Notes: generated from the sequence alone by a model not told the origin. DNA of 64,000 nt from Terracidiphilus sp. (GCA_035541975.1 DATKMH010000040.1:211940-275939), one strand, 5' to 3'; shown: positions 49,391-59,599, numbered from the stretch's first letter. Numbers and translations: made by a program.

Positions 49391-50434
49391 TCAAGCAATC
49401 GGGTGACGGTACGTGGCCGAGTAGCGCCCAGTTAAATGATGCTCCAGCTGGCGCTCGATATCGCCCAACATTCCACTGGCGCCGAACCGAAAGAGTGACG
49501 GCTCAAGCCACGGGCGTCCGAGCTCGTCCTTCATGAGCGCCAGCCAATCCGTGGCCTGGCGCGCTGTCCGAATGCCGCCGGCGGGCTTGAAGCCGACCGC
49601 GCTGCCAGTGCGCTCAGCGTAATCGCGAATGCAGCGGACCATGACGAGAGAGACAGGCAACGTGGCGTTGACGGATTCCTTTCCGGTGGAAGTCTTGATG
49701 AAGTCCGCGCCCGCCATCATCGCCACCCAACTGGCGCGCGCGACGTTGCGCAGAGTCATCAGGTCGCCCGTACCGAGAATCGCCTTGAGGTGCGCGTTTG
49801 GCCCGCAGGCTTCTTTGAATGCAGCCACTTCATCGTAGAGAGCTTGCCACTCGCCGTTGAAGACGTGGGCGCGGGTGATGACGATGTCGATTTCCTGCGC
49901 GCCGGCTTCAACGCTGCGATGGATCTCTTCGACGCGCTCGGCGAGCGGCGAAAGGCCCGCGGGAAATCCGGCGGAGACAGCGGCGACGGGAATGCCGGAG
50001 CCTTCGAGCGCTTTGACGGCCGTCTCAACAAACGCGTGATAGACGCAGACTGCGCCGACGGTCAGATGCAAATCTTCGATGCCGAGGCCTTCAACGATGT
50101 GGCGCTGCAGCGGATTGCGCGCCTTGGCGCAGAGGCGGCGGACGCGGTCGGCGGAGTCGTCACCGCTGAGGGTCGTCAGGTCCATGCAGGCAATAGCGCG
50201 CAGCAGCCATGCGGCCTGGGTTTCCTTCTTCACGGTGCGCCGCGAAACGTGGGTGGCCGCGCGCCGTTCGACAGCGCTCGTGTTGACGCGCACACCCTCT
50301 ACCCAATCGAGATTGAGCGGAATGCGGTGGTTCGGCTCGAGCGTTCGGCCATTCAGGACGACCGGGATGGATTGAACAGTATGCGATGTGGGGCGGGACG
50401 CGCCGTTGTTCGAGGTTACGGGTTGGACGGCCAT
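49391..50434 (-). CDS. deoC: Deoxyribose-phosphate aldolase
   Basis: 'DLTTL', 'GFPAG', 'EIDIV', 'DFIKTSTGK', 'KPAGGIR'. Confidence 0.95.
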   Translation of the reverse strand: MAVQPVTSNNGASRPTSHTVQSIPVVLNGRTLEPNHRIPLNLDWVEGVRVNTSAVERRAATHVSRRTVKKETQAAWLLRAIACMDLTTLSGDDSADRVRRLCAKARNPLQRHIVEGLGIEDLHLTVGAVCVYHAFVETAVKALEGSGIPVAAVSAGFPAGLSPLAERVEEIHRSVEAGAQEIDIVITRAHVFNGEWQALYDEVAAFKEACGPNAHLKAILGTGDLMTLRNVARASWVAMMAGADFIKTSTGKESVNATLPVSLVMVRCIRDYAERTGSAVGFKPAGGIRTARQATDWLALMKDELGRPWLEPSLFRFGASGMLGDIERQLEHHLTGRYSATYRHPIA

Positions 50435-50612
50435 GAAGTGACTCCGCGAAGGCCTGTTTCGGCCAGAAAAGACGGGCTCCTCGCCTATGCGGAGAGGAGC
50501 CGCGAGTAGAAATGAAGGATAAATCTATCGAAGCGGCAAAGCAATGGCCGAATCGTTCGCTGGAACACTGGGCGGATCGTTCGCTGGACCCTGCGCCTGC
50601 GAGGGCTCGCCG

Positions 50613-52307
50613 CTACCATTTGAGGCGCAGCAGCGAAACGGCCTGGCGGGGGAGATTGGTCTCGATGGTGACCTTCCCATCATCGACATCGAGCCAGGTC
50701 GGCGAAACTAGAAGCTGCAATTGGCCGGCTGCTTTTAGCTGGGCGTATTGCTCGGGCGTGGGCGCCTGCGGCGAGCCCATTTCCTTCCATACGGTGTAGG
50801 CGTTGCTGTGCGTGTCGTCGATGCGGTAATGCTCGAGCAAAACCCTTTTCACGGCGGACGGGATTCCGTTGACGGTGATTTGTACATGGGCGGCGGGCGC
50901 GGGAAGGTCTTCGTCGTGGTAATTCCAGACCATGACAGCTGCTTCCCTGTCGGCGTGTGTCGAAAGCGCATCAACGTCGGACATCTGGCGGACGCCTGTC
51001 TGGACCATTTCACTGAGCAGAACCTGTCCCGAGCTGGTGGTCGCAACGCGCTCGCCCGACATGAGGCCGGCCATGCGGAAAAGATTCAGGATGGACTTGT
51101 CGATGCCGTTGGTCGCGAGCGTGCGGAATCCGGCGAAGTAGTTTTGATTCTCGAATTCGAAGGACCAGGAGAGCATGCCGATGAGATTGACCTTCGCTGC
51201 ATCCTGCAGTTCAAAGAGCGCCTTGATTGCTGTGGCCGTGTAGCTGGCGTAGAGCGGTCCATTGCGGTAGGCGTTGGCGGGATTGTCCTTCATAGAGCAA
51301 GCTGCGCAACCTTCGGGATCGGCTTCGCTGAGGATGATGGGAAGGCGACGGTACTGCGGAAAGCCGGCGACAATGTGGAAGCCGGTTTGCGCGGCCTGGA
51401 GTTCGTTGGAGATTCCCATGCGGACCTGGCCATTGATGAGCGTAGTGTGGCCCTTGGGATGGAAAGAAATGAAGTCGAGCGGAATGGGCTTGCCGTCGGC
51501 GGCGCTTTTATCGCGCGAGCAGTGGCGGAGAAAGTTTTCGAGGAACGCCATCGATTTCGCTCCCCCGGGCCCGGTGCTTGCCGGACCGCCGACCTTCGCA
51601 TCAGGTAATGCCGCACGCACTCCTGCCGCCGCGTAGTCGTAGAGCTTGAAGTACTCCTGCGGCGTGCCATGCCAGTAAATGATGTCGGGCTCATTCCACA
51701 CTTCGAAGTACCAGGTGCTCACTCGCGCGCGCCCGTAGCGCTCGACAAGATGCGCAACGAAATGTCGGACAAGTTCGCCCCACAGTTTGTAGTCTTTGGG
51801 CGGATTGTTGGATGCGCCGCCCATGGTTGGCTTGGGATAGTGGAGCTGGTATTCCGTGATGCCGGGAACGGCGGCGGCCAGATCGCGAGGCATGAATCCG
51901 AGCTCGACCATGGGGCGAACGCCGGCTTGCGCATAGGCGTCGAAGGTCTGGTCGGTGATGGTGAAGTCATAGACAGGATTGCCTTTCGCATCGAGCGAGA
52001 AGACGTTCGAGGAGCTCCACTTAAGCTCGGGGACGCCGTTGCCTGAGGTGAGCAGGTGATGCGCGCGAATGTAGACGGGTACCGGGCTCAGGTCGTGAAG
52101 CTCGCGCAGCAGTTCCCTGCCGCGCTGCGTTGTTGTGTAGTTCGATTCGTCATAGCCGAACCAGCTGGTAATCGGCTTGTATCCGCCGATGGGCTTTGTG
52201 AGATCGACGTGGATGGAGACGGGGCGATCAGTAGGAGATGGCGCCGGCGTTTGAGCGGGGCTCGCAGCCAGCGCGGCACAAAGAATCAATGCGGAAGCCC
52301 TGATCAT
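50613..52307 (-). CDS. GH39 beta-xylosidase-like glycosidase
   Basis: Signal peptide, 'VELGFMP', 'EVWNEP', 'LDFISFH', 'ILSE'; start uncertain. Confidence 0.88.
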   Translation of the reverse strand: MIRASALILCAALAASPAQTPAPSPTDRPVSIHVDLTKPIGGYKPITSWFGYDESNYTTTQRGRELLRELHDLSPVPVYIRAHHLLTSGNGVPELKWSSSNVFSLDAKGNPVYDFTITDQTFDAYAQAGVRPMVELGFMPRDLAAAVPGITEYQLHYPKPTMGGASNNPPKDYKLWGELVRHFVAHLVERYGRARVSTWYFEVWNEPDIIYWHGTPQEYFKLYDYAAAGVRAALPDAKVGGPASTGPGGAKSMAFLENFLRHCSRDKSAADGKPIPLDFISFHPKGHTTLINGQVRMGISNELQAAQTGFHIVAGFPQYRRLPIILSEADPEGCAACSMKDNPANAYRNGPLYASYTATAIKALFELQDAAKVNLIGMLSWSFEFENQNYFAGFRTLATNGIDKSILNLFRMAGLMSGERVATTSSGQVLLSEMVQTGVRQMSDVDALSTHADREAAVMVWNYHDEDLPAPAAHVQITVNGIPSAVKRVLLEHYRIDDTHSNAYTVWKEMGSPQAPTPEQYAQLKAAGQLQLLVSPTWLDVDDGKVTIETNLPRQAVSLLRLKW

Positions 52308-52351
52308 TCGGGTTCTGACTCCATCCAAAGCGAATTCATTGCACGCGTCGC

Positions 52352-53254
52352 CTACTCTGCCGCAAAACGTTCCATGAGGGCGTCGAAATCTTCCAGGCGG
52401 GCATACTCGATGATGACTTTGCCGCGGCCGTTGCGATCTTCGATGGTGACTTTGAGGCCGAGGGCGCGCTGCAGCCGCTCCTGGGCGTCGCGAACGTTGG
52501 CGTCGACAGGCGGCTCGGGTTTGGGGGCCTTTTTGGCCTTGCGGCTTGGGTCGATGAGCTCCTGCACAAGACTCTCTGTCTGGCGAACAGAAAGCGAATT
52601 ATTGGCAACGCGCTGGGCAGCGCTTTCCATCTGTTCGAAGTCCGGCAGGGCGAGAAGGGCGCGGGCGTGGCCGAAGGAAAGCACTCCGGATTCCACGCGG
52701 GACTGGACCGATGTGGGGAGTTTGAGTAGACGCAGAAAGTTGGAGACGGTGGCGCGGTCTTTGCCGGTGCGCTGCGCCATCTGCTCCTGGGTCATGTGGA
52801 ACTCGCGTGAGAGGCGCTCGAAGGCGCGAGCCTGCTCCATGGGATTGAGGTCGGCGCGCTGGAGATTCTCGACGATCGTGATCTCCATGGCCTGTTCGTC
52901 GGAGACCTGGCGCAGTATTGCAGGCACTGTGGCATTGCCGGCGAGTTTGGATGCGCGCCAACGGCGCTCGCCGGCAATGAGCTGGAAGCGGCCGCCGGCA
53001 AGCGGACGAACCAGCACCGGCTGAACCACACCGTTGGCAGTGATGGAGGCGGCGAGTTCGGCGAGCTGCTCCTCGTTTACGGCGGAGCGGGTCTGATAGG
53101 GATTGTGATCGATGAGGTCGAGAGAGATCTCGCGCGGTTTGCCTCCATCAGCCTCGAGTGGGGTGACGGGCGCGGCTTGCGGAGCGCGAGGCAGCAAGGA
53201 ATCTAGGCCTTTGCCGAGGGCGCGGCGTTTGGGGTCGATAGCGGTTTGGTTCAT
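52352..53254 (-). CDS. parB: Chromosome partitioning protein ParB
   Basis: 'ALGKGLDSL', 'GERRWRA', 'ENLQRADL', HTH. Confidence 0.97.
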   Translation of the reverse strand: MNQTAIDPKRRALGKGLDSLLPRAPQAAPVTPLEADGGKPREISLDLIDHNPYQTRSAVNEEQLAELAASITANGVVQPVLVRPLAGGRFQLIAGERRWRASKLAGNATVPAILRQVSDEQAMEITIVENLQRADLNPMEQARAFERLSREFHMTQEQMAQRTGKDRATVSNFLRLLKLPTSVQSRVESGVLSFGHARALLALPDFEQMESAAQRVANNSLSVRQTESLVQELIDPSRKAKKAPKPEPPVDANVRDAQERLQRALGLKVTIEDRNGRGKVIIEYARLEDFDALMERFAAE

Positions 53255-53333
53255 AGTGCTGGTTCCTCAAAATCTGGGGTGAAAACGGGCCGATTGCGGC
53301 AAATCGCCGCGAAGTTCGTGTAAGTTAGGCCGG

Positions 53334-54182
53334 TCAGGAATAGGGCCAAAAGGTCCCCTTGGTGCGGGGGCGCCCTTCGCCACCAGCAGCTTTTCGCTCG
53401 GCAGCTCTCGGACTTTCCATTTGGTTGCGGGCCAGGAACTCCCAAGCCATCTCAAAGTAGGCTTCGGCACCGCGCGAACGAGCGTCGTAAAGCACGACAG
53501 GCTTGCCGTGGCTGGGGGCTTCAGCCAGGCGGACGTTGCGTGGAATGACGGTGCGATAGATGATCTCGCGGAAGTGATCGCGAAGGGTCTGCGTGACCTG
53601 TTGGGCGAGGTTGGTGCGATCGTCGTACATGGTGAGCAGGACGCCTTCGATGGCGAGGTCGGGATTGTAGGCAGCGCGAACGCGCTCGAGAGTCGAAATG
53701 AGCTCGGAGATGCCCTCGAGAGCGAAGTATTCGGCTTGCATGGGAACAATGAGAGTTTCCGCAGCGGAAAGAACGTTGAGAGTGAGCAGATCGAGCGCGG
53801 GCGGGCAGTCGAGGAAGATGAGGTCGTAGTTGCCCTTGATAGGTTCGAGGCTTTTGCGCAGGCAGAGGGCGCGATCTTCGAGGGAAGCGAGCTCAATGGT
53901 TGCGCCTATTAGGTTTTTGGAGCCGGGAAGCAGGGAAAGCGTGTCGATTTCGGTGGGCAAGATGACTTGGTCGGCGCTGCTTTCGCCCATCAGGACGTCG
54001 TAGACGGAGCGGCGGGCGTCGTCTCGCTGCAGGCCTAGGCCCGAGGAGGCGTTGGCCTGGGGATCGCAATCGACGAGGAGGATTTTGAGGCCTTCGAGGG
54101 CAAGGCAAGCGGCAAGGTTGATCGCGGTGGTGGTTTTGCCCACTCCGCCTTTCTGATTGACGAGTCCGACGAACTTGCCCAT
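53334..54182 (-). CDS. parA: Chromosome partitioning ATPase ParA/Soj
   Basis: 'KGGVGKTT', 'DPQANA', 'DCPP', 'EAPSHG'. Confidence 0.97.
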   Translation of the reverse strand: MGKFVGLVNQKGGVGKTTTAINLAACLALEGLKILLVDCDPQANASSGLGLQRDDARRSVYDVLMGESSADQVILPTEIDTLSLLPGSKNLIGATIELASLEDRALCLRKSLEPIKGNYDLIFLDCPPALDLLTLNVLSAAETLIVPMQAEYFALEGISELISTLERVRAAYNPDLAIEGVLLTMYDDRTNLAQQVTQTLRDHFREIIYRTVIPRNVRLAEAPSHGKPVVLYDARSRGAEAYFEMAWEFLARNQMESPRAAERKAAGGEGRPRTKGTFWPYS

Positions 54183-54448
54183 GGCATTTCAGAGTAAAAC
54201 GAGAGGGCCGATCTATGTTTGCGCTTGCAATGTGGAGAACCGGGCAAAGTTGTGGAAAGCGGCCTTTGGAGCGTGCCGGGCAGTGGCGGCGAAATCATTT
54301 GGGTGGAAGGGGATTGGGGCGAGTGGGGCTAAGAGGCAGATTTCGACGACAAAAAGGGAATGCGGTGGAAAAGTCCCGGAGAAGCATCGCGGCAGCAAGG
54401 AAGAATTTGGCAACGTTTCGCTTTGGGACCTTTCCCGATCTGGGCATT

Positions 54449-54553
54449 TGTTCCACGTGGAACAAGAGGCTCGAGCGGACGGTAGTGCTGACTGTGTTCC
54501 ACGTGGAACACTCTCATGGGCCCGATCTGTCGCCGGTCGTCCCACGTGGAACA
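54449..54553. promoter_or_regulatory. Cluster of three parS sites
   Basis: TGTTCCACGTGGAACA at 54449-54464 and 54495-54510; CGTCCCACGTGGAACA at 54538-54553. Confidence 0.93.
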
Positions 54554-54707
54554 AAGTGCAACCAAGGTCAATTCCCCAGGTTCGTCCGCCCAGTCGCGGC
54601 CATTGAGTGTCACACGGTTGGCCGACGCACCTGCCAGATCGATGCGATTTTGAAAGATTGCTCATAAAATCGTCGAAATTGGTCAAATTTGGTCGACGAG
54701 AGAATGT

Positions 54708-54720
54708 CAAAATATTGATT
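54708..54720 (-). promoter_or_regulatory. IHF-consensus site in AT-rich tract
   Basis: AATCAATATTTTG matches WATCAANNNNTTR. Confidence 0.45.
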
Positions 54721-55026
54721 AAAAACGGTTTATAGAATTGACTCTCGATGGGGGTCAAAAAAAACTGCAATTCTTTTTAAATGGTGAGCCGACAGCCCTG
54801 TTCCTATTTGGGAGTCAGAGCCCGGCTTCCAGTTCATTTGGGTCTATTATGCACGATGAGCACGAAATTACCGGCAAACTTGGAGAAGAAGAGAGCAAGG
54901 GAATAGGGAGCAAGGAATGAAGGAGTTACGGGAGGGCGGCAGATTTATTTCGGGCGGAGGGTCTTGACAACATCTTGTTAGCTGACCAGGAGTACACTTG
55001 GGCCGGAGTCCAGAAAGAAGGTAAGA

Positions 55027-55449
55027 ATGGATCTCCCAAACGCGTTTATCGGGCAAACTAACCCTCCTAGTGAAAAGGAAATAGCCTCCACGCTGGGTCA
55101 TGCGGTCGATTCCTGGACAGAGCTGATAGCTTGGCTCGAAAAGAAGGGAATCGCTATCGGAGATTGGCATTCAATCTCCCCCCAAAAATATGGTTGGGGT
55201 CTTCGGCCCTCGCTCAAGAAGAGGACGATTCTCTATCTCGGTCCATGCGAGGGATGCTTCCGCACCAGCTTCGTTCTTGGAGACAAGGCAGTTGCTGCGG
55301 CGCTGGCCAGTGGACTGCCGAAAACCATCCTGACAGAAATCTCCGAAGCCAGGCGCTATGCCGAGGGGACAGGCATTCGAGTGATGGTCCGGAAACCCGG
55401 AGATCTGGCCGCAGTGCGCAAGCTGGTGGAGATCAAGCTCGCGAACTGA
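55027..55449 (+). CDS. DUF3788-like protein
   Basis: 'KYGW..R...KKRT', 'YAEG.G', typical length. Confidence 0.75.
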   Translation: MDLPNAFIGQTNPPSEKEIASTLGHAVDSWTELIAWLEKKGIAIGDWHSISPQKYGWGLRPSLKKRTILYLGPCEGCFRTSFVLGDKAVAAALASGLPKTILTEISEARRYAEGTGIRVMVRKPGDLAAVRKLVEIKLAN

Positions 55450-56065
55450 TTCCGAGAGCGAGAATGCGGGAATCGCTGTTTGGCAGGCGAACCGGCGGAT
55501 CCCAGCGGAAGTGTGTGCCGGCGGCGGATTGGAGCTCTGCGAGGCCGGCATCTGTAGTCATCAGAGCGAGATAGCCCGCGGGTACGATAAGCTTGGTTGC
55601 GGCCCGGACAGCCTCGGGCATCTTGTCGACGGCACGCAGGACGACGCAATCGAAAACGGACTGAAGCGTCTCGGCGCGGCCGGGATGCACATTCGCATTG
55701 ATTCCGAGGACGCGGGCGGCTTCCTGGAGGAATGCGGCTTTCTTGGCATGGGATTCGGCCAAGGTGACGGCAATATGCGGACGGCTGAGCGCGATGGGGA
55801 TTCCGGGTAGGCCGCCGCCGGAGCCGAAGTCGAGTAGGGTCGGGATTGCCGGGGGAAGCGCGAGTGCAACTGCAATCGATTCAATGAAATGGCGCTTTAT
55901 TATCTCTTCGGGTTCGCGGACGGAGCTGAGGTTGAGGCGCTCGTTCCAGCGAACAAAGAGCGAAAGATAGGCGTCGAATTTGGCAGATGTTTCGGGGGCG
56001 AGTGGCGGCAGGCCGGCGGATTTCAGCAGCTCGTTGAGGCTGGGCGGCGTAGGACTGACGTCCAT
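55433..56065 (-). CDS. rsmG: 16S rRNA m7G527 methyltransferase
   Basis: 'WNERLNLS', 'RHFIES', 'DFGSGGGLPG', 'KKAAFL'; start moved to 56065. Confidence 0.93.
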   Translation of the reverse strand: MDVSPTPPSLNELLKSAGLPPLAPETSAKFDAYLSLFVRWNERLNLSSVREPEEIIKRHFIESIAVALALPPAIPTLLDFGSGGGLPGIPIALSRPHIAVTLAESHAKKAAFLQEAARVLGINANVHPGRAETLQSVFDCVVLRAVDKMPEAVRAATKLIVPAGYLALMTTDAGLAELQSAAGTHFRWDPPVRLPNSDSRILALGISSRA

Positions 56066-56102
56066 GGAGACAGTGTAGAAGGGTGGGGCGGGGGCGGATC
56101 CG

Positions 56103-56864
56103 CTACGATCTTTCTTTTTGCTGCCAAGCGCTCGCGGCCTGGACGAACGCTGAAAAAATTGCGCGCGAAAATTCGCTTTGCTCGTAGGTGCGCTCGGGAT
56201 GCCATTGGACACCAATGACGAAATGTTCGTGCGCGGCACGATTCTCTGAGCTGGCGGTTGGCGATGCCAATTCGATGGCTTCGACAACATCGTCGTTTGG
56301 TGAAGTTGCGGTGACGCGTAGACCTTTTCCGATTTCGCGAATGGCCTGATGATGACTGGAGTTCACGTGCGCATCTTGTTCGCCGGCGGCGGAGAGAATT
56401 TTTGTGAGTCGTGATTCGGGTGCGATGCGCACGGGATGCGCGTTGACGATTTCGCGTCCGGGCTTATGATTCACGGGCGTTTTCAGGTCTTGGATCAAAG
56501 ACCCGCCGCGCCAGACGTTCAGTGTTTGCGTGCCGTGGCAGATGGTGAGGACGGGCTTGCGATGGTTGAATGCGTCGGCGAGAAGAAGCTCGTCGGCGAT
56601 GGCGCGAGCGGGATCGTTCGGTGCGGTTTCCGGCGCGGGAGTTTCGCCGTAGAGTGCGGGATCGACGTCGTGGCCGCTGCCGGGGAGAAGAACGCCGTCG
56701 ATGCTTGCGAGAAGTTTGGCAACGTGTTCGCGTGCAGCGTTGAGTGGGATGACGACAGGTTCAGCGCCGGCTTTCTCGACAGCGGCGACGTATTGCGGCA
56801 GTGCGCGCGCGTTGTATTCCGGATCGTCGCCGGTTGGTTCGGGGATGGCGATGCGCGGGGGCAT
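56103..56864 (-). CDS. Peptidase C26 / gamma-glutamyl-GABA hydrolase family
   Basis: 'ICHG.Q', 'NSSHHQA', 'GVQWHPE'. Confidence 0.9.
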   Translation of the reverse strand: MPPRIAIPEPTGDDPEYNARALPQYVAAVEKAGAEPVVIPLNAAREHVAKLLASIDGVLLPGSGHDVDPALYGETPAPETAPNDPARAIADELLLADAFNHRKPVLTICHGTQTLNVWRGGSLIQDLKTPVNHKPGREIVNAHPVRIAPESRLTKILSAAGEQDAHVNSSHHQAIREIGKGLRVTATSPNDDVVEAIELASPTASSENRAAHEHFVIGVQWHPERTYEQSEFSRAIFSAFVQAASAWQQKERS

Positions 56865-56890
56865 GGGGACAGTGTAAAGCCCGCGCGAAC

Positions 56891-57205
56891 TTACCAGCGC
56901 AGCAGCCCCTCGGAATCATCGACGAGTACGACGTCGTACTTTTCGATCATTGGCATCAGACGCTGCTCAAGCTCGCTTTTCCAAAGTTCGCCTTCGTAGA
57001 ACTTCGCCTTCATCGGATCGCGTGACTCGATATCGGGGAATCCTCGCATGAAGAAGAAAGTATCGGGGTCATCGATTGAGAGCCACGGGCCGAGAATCTT
57101 CATCCCGATCTCCGCGTGGGCGGGCATCGATTTCGAGCGGAAGACTTCGAGAAATTCCGCGCGCTTGCCCGGCTTGAGCTTGTAGGTTCGCATTTCGACG
57201 ATCAT
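56891..57205 (-). CDS. NIPSNAP family protein
   Basis: 'EMRTYKLKPG'; SD GGAGG. Confidence 0.85.
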   Translation of the reverse strand: MIVEMRTYKLKPGKRAEFLEVFRSKSMPAHAEIGMKILGPWLSIDDPDTFFFMRGFPDIESRDPMKAKFYEGELWKSELEQRLMPMIEKYDVVLVDDSEGLLRW

Positions 57206-57280
57206 CCAGATTCCTCCGAGATCTTTCTCGTTTGGATGCAGGCGTGCGCCGGATGGGCGCGGCAAAATGCGATGGGAGTT

Positions 57281-58060
57281 TTAGACAACGGGCGCGGGCG
57301 ATTCGGAATTGGATGGCGCGGGCTTGATGCGCATGTCTTCGATCGCGTTGCGCACGCGCTCGGTCAATTCTCCGTTCTGGCGCACGTTCATTCCTTTGGT
57401 TTCGATAGGCTCGCCGACGCGCACGGTTAGGCGGCAGGGAAAGAAGTGTTTGGTGTGAATGGGCAAGAGATCGTAGACGCCCGAGAGTGCGATGGGAACG
57501 ATGGGGACCTGTGCGCGAATAGCGAGGTACGCCGCACCGGGAAGAAACGGGCGCAGCTCGCCGTCGGACGTGCGGCCGCCTTCGGGGAAGACGAACAAGG
57601 GCATACCGGAGCGCAAAGCCTTGACCGCTCCGCCGAGCGAGGAGAGCGTGGCGTGCGGGTTGGCGAGGTCAATGGGCATTTGGCCGGAGCGGTTGAGATA
57701 CCAGCCGATCATGGGCCAGCCCCAGAGATCTTTTTTGGCGAGGATGCGGAACTGGAAGGGAAGCGCGCCGAAGATGACAGGTGTGTCCATGTAGGACGTG
57801 TGGTTGGAGACGTAGACCGCGACGGGAAATTTGTGGAAGTTTTCCTGGCCTTCGATTTTGAGGCGGGAGAGCGAGAGGCGGACCATGGTGCGGCCCCAGA
57901 AGTGCGCGATCCAATGCTGCACACGGCCTTTCTTGTCGACGACGGAAACAAGAAACGCAGTGGAGGCGCAGACCGCTGTGAGGATGAGCATGAGCGGGCC
58001 CAGCAAACCATATGTGAGCCAGACGTAGAAACGGGGCAGCGGGTTGGGTCGCGTGGTCAT
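57281..58060 (-). CDS. plsC: 1-acyl-sn-glycerol-3-phosphate acyltransferase
   Basis: 'NHTSYMD', 'FPEGGR'. Confidence 0.9.
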   Translation of the reverse strand: MTTRPNPLPRFYVWLTYGLLGPLMLILTAVCASTAFLVSVVDKKGRVQHWIAHFWGRTMVRLSLSRLKIEGQENFHKFPVAVYVSNHTSYMDTPVIFGALPFQFRILAKKDLWGWPMIGWYLNRSGQMPIDLANPHATLSSLGGAVKALRSGMPLFVFPEGGRTSDGELRPFLPGAAYLAIRAQVPIVPIALSGVYDLLPIHTKHFFPCRLTVRVGEPIETKGMNVRQNGELTERVRNAIEDMRIKPAPSNSESPAPVV

Positions 58061-59412
58061 GATTGCGGGCCGGCTCCCGAGAGAAGCAGCGTGCGGGCTT
58101 CGCCGACGAGGTAGACGGAGCCGGAGACGACTGCGACGGCTGTTGCGCAGTTTTGCGTAATGTGTTCACGCGCCAGGCGGAGCGCATCACTGACCGAGTC
58201 TGCGGCGAGGGCGGGCGTGCCTGTGGCCGCGGCAGCGGTGAGCAGATCGTGGAGAGTTGCGGCGCGCGGGTTATGGATGGGAGAGACGATGATCTGATCG
58301 AAAAGTGGGAAGAGGATCTGCGCCATCTCGTTGAGAGGTTTGTCGCGCAGGCAACTGAAGACGAGGATGCGCGGCGAGCGGGTTTCGAGAATGGGGCGCA
58401 GAGCGGCGCGGAGAGCCCAGGCGCCGGCCGGATTGTGCGCGACGTCGAGGATCCATTCGAGGGCGTTTTCTTGAATGCCGGCGTTCGTCTGAATTCGTTC
58501 CAGGCGGCCGGGCCAGCGCGTGGAGTGAATTCCTCTTTCAATGATGGCGGGAGTTACGGGAAACTTGTGGCGCTCGCGCAGCTCAATTGCAGCGGCGATG
58601 GCGAGTGCGATGTTGCGTTGCTGGTGAGCACCGGCAAGCGGGGAATCGACTGTGATGGTGGCGCCCATGGCAGCGACGCGATAGATGCCGCTGGTTGGGG
58701 TGGCCGGCAGGTAGGGAACTGCGCTTACCGCGCGGACGTTGAGCTCTGTGGCAACTTCGCCGAGAACCTGGTTGGCCTCGGGATGCTGCGGAAGAGTGAT
58801 CATGGTGCCGCCCGGGCGCAGGATTCCGGCTTTCTCGCGCGCGATGGCGGAGATGGTAGGACCGAGCCACTCCATGTGGTCGAGCGAGATGTCGGTGACG
58901 ATGGAGAGGAGCGGGGCGACGATGTTGGTGGCGTCGAGGCGGCCGCCCATGCCGACTTCGAGGACTGCGATGTCGACTTTGTTCTCGGCAAAGTAGAGGA
59001 AGGCAAGCGCGGTGAGGATTTCAAAGTAGCTAGGGAGCTGGGGCAGGCGACCCGAGAGCAGGAGTTGCTGGCCTGCATCGTGGACCTGGAAGTAGAGGCG
59101 CGCAAAGTCGTCGTCGGAGATTTCGTTTCGGCCGAGGCGGACGCGCTCATTGGGGCGCTCAAGGTGGGGCGATGTGTAGAGGCCGGTGGCCAGGCCAGCT
59201 TCAATCAGGATCGACGCGAGAGTGGATGCAGTGGAACCTTTGCCGTTGGTGCCGGCGATGAGGAGCGACGGAAAATGCAGGTGCGGATTGCCGAGCGCGT
59301 CGAGAAGGATGCGAATTTCGTCGATGGAGAAGCGGCGCTGGGACTTTCCGGCGGGCGCGTAGAGCTCCGGGACGAGAGAGTTGAGTTGGGCGATGGCTGT
59401 TGTGTAGGACAT
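58057..59412 (-). CDS. folC: Dihydrofolate/folylpolyglutamate synthase
   Basis: 'AGTNGKGS', 'YTSPHL', 'EVGMGGRLDATN', 'DVAHN'. Confidence 0.95.
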   Translation of the reverse strand: MSYTTAIAQLNSLVPELYAPAGKSQRRFSIDEIRILLDALGNPHLHFPSLLIAGTNGKGSTASTLASILIEAGLATGLYTSPHLERPNERVRLGRNEISDDDFARLYFQVHDAGQQLLLSGRLPQLPSYFEILTALAFLYFAENKVDIAVLEVGMGGRLDATNIVAPLLSIVTDISLDHMEWLGPTISAIAREKAGILRPGGTMITLPQHPEANQVLGEVATELNVRAVSAVPYLPATPTSGIYRVAAMGATITVDSPLAGAHQQRNIALAIAAAIELRERHKFPVTPAIIERGIHSTRWPGRLERIQTNAGIQENALEWILDVAHNPAGAWALRAALRPILETRSPRILVFSCLRDKPLNEMAQILFPLFDQIIVSPIHNPRAATLHDLLTAAAATGTPALAADSVSDALRLAREHITQNCATAVAVVSGSVYLVGEARTLLLSGAGPQS

Positions 59413-59599
59413 GGATGCCGCGCGGTACCCGAAGAGCCAGTATAAGAGCCGCGTGGAAGAGGAGTCTCATTGATCGTCGGTGTCGACCGGTGAGCTTGAA
59501 TCCTTCGTCGTTCCTTCCGCTGCGGCGGACGAGGGACTAGGGCGCCCTCCAAGAGCACCTGCGTGATTGTGCAAGAAACGATCGGCGGATGTTGCTGCG

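Noticed and set aside
54449-54553. Mini-CRISPR (three repeats with about 28-30 nt spacers)
   Set aside because: Repeats are 16-bp perfect parS palindromes next to parAB; no cas genes
54157-54920. ORFs over the parS region
   Set aside because: Their VPRGT and FHVEH peptides are just translations of parS palindromes
1414-59445. Long antisense or overlapping ORFs (e.g. 1414-2457, 3268-4701, 10051-11586, 13690-14880, 30202-31557, 58063-59445)
   Set aside because: They overlap clearly recognisable genes and carry no motifs; typical high-GC shadow frames
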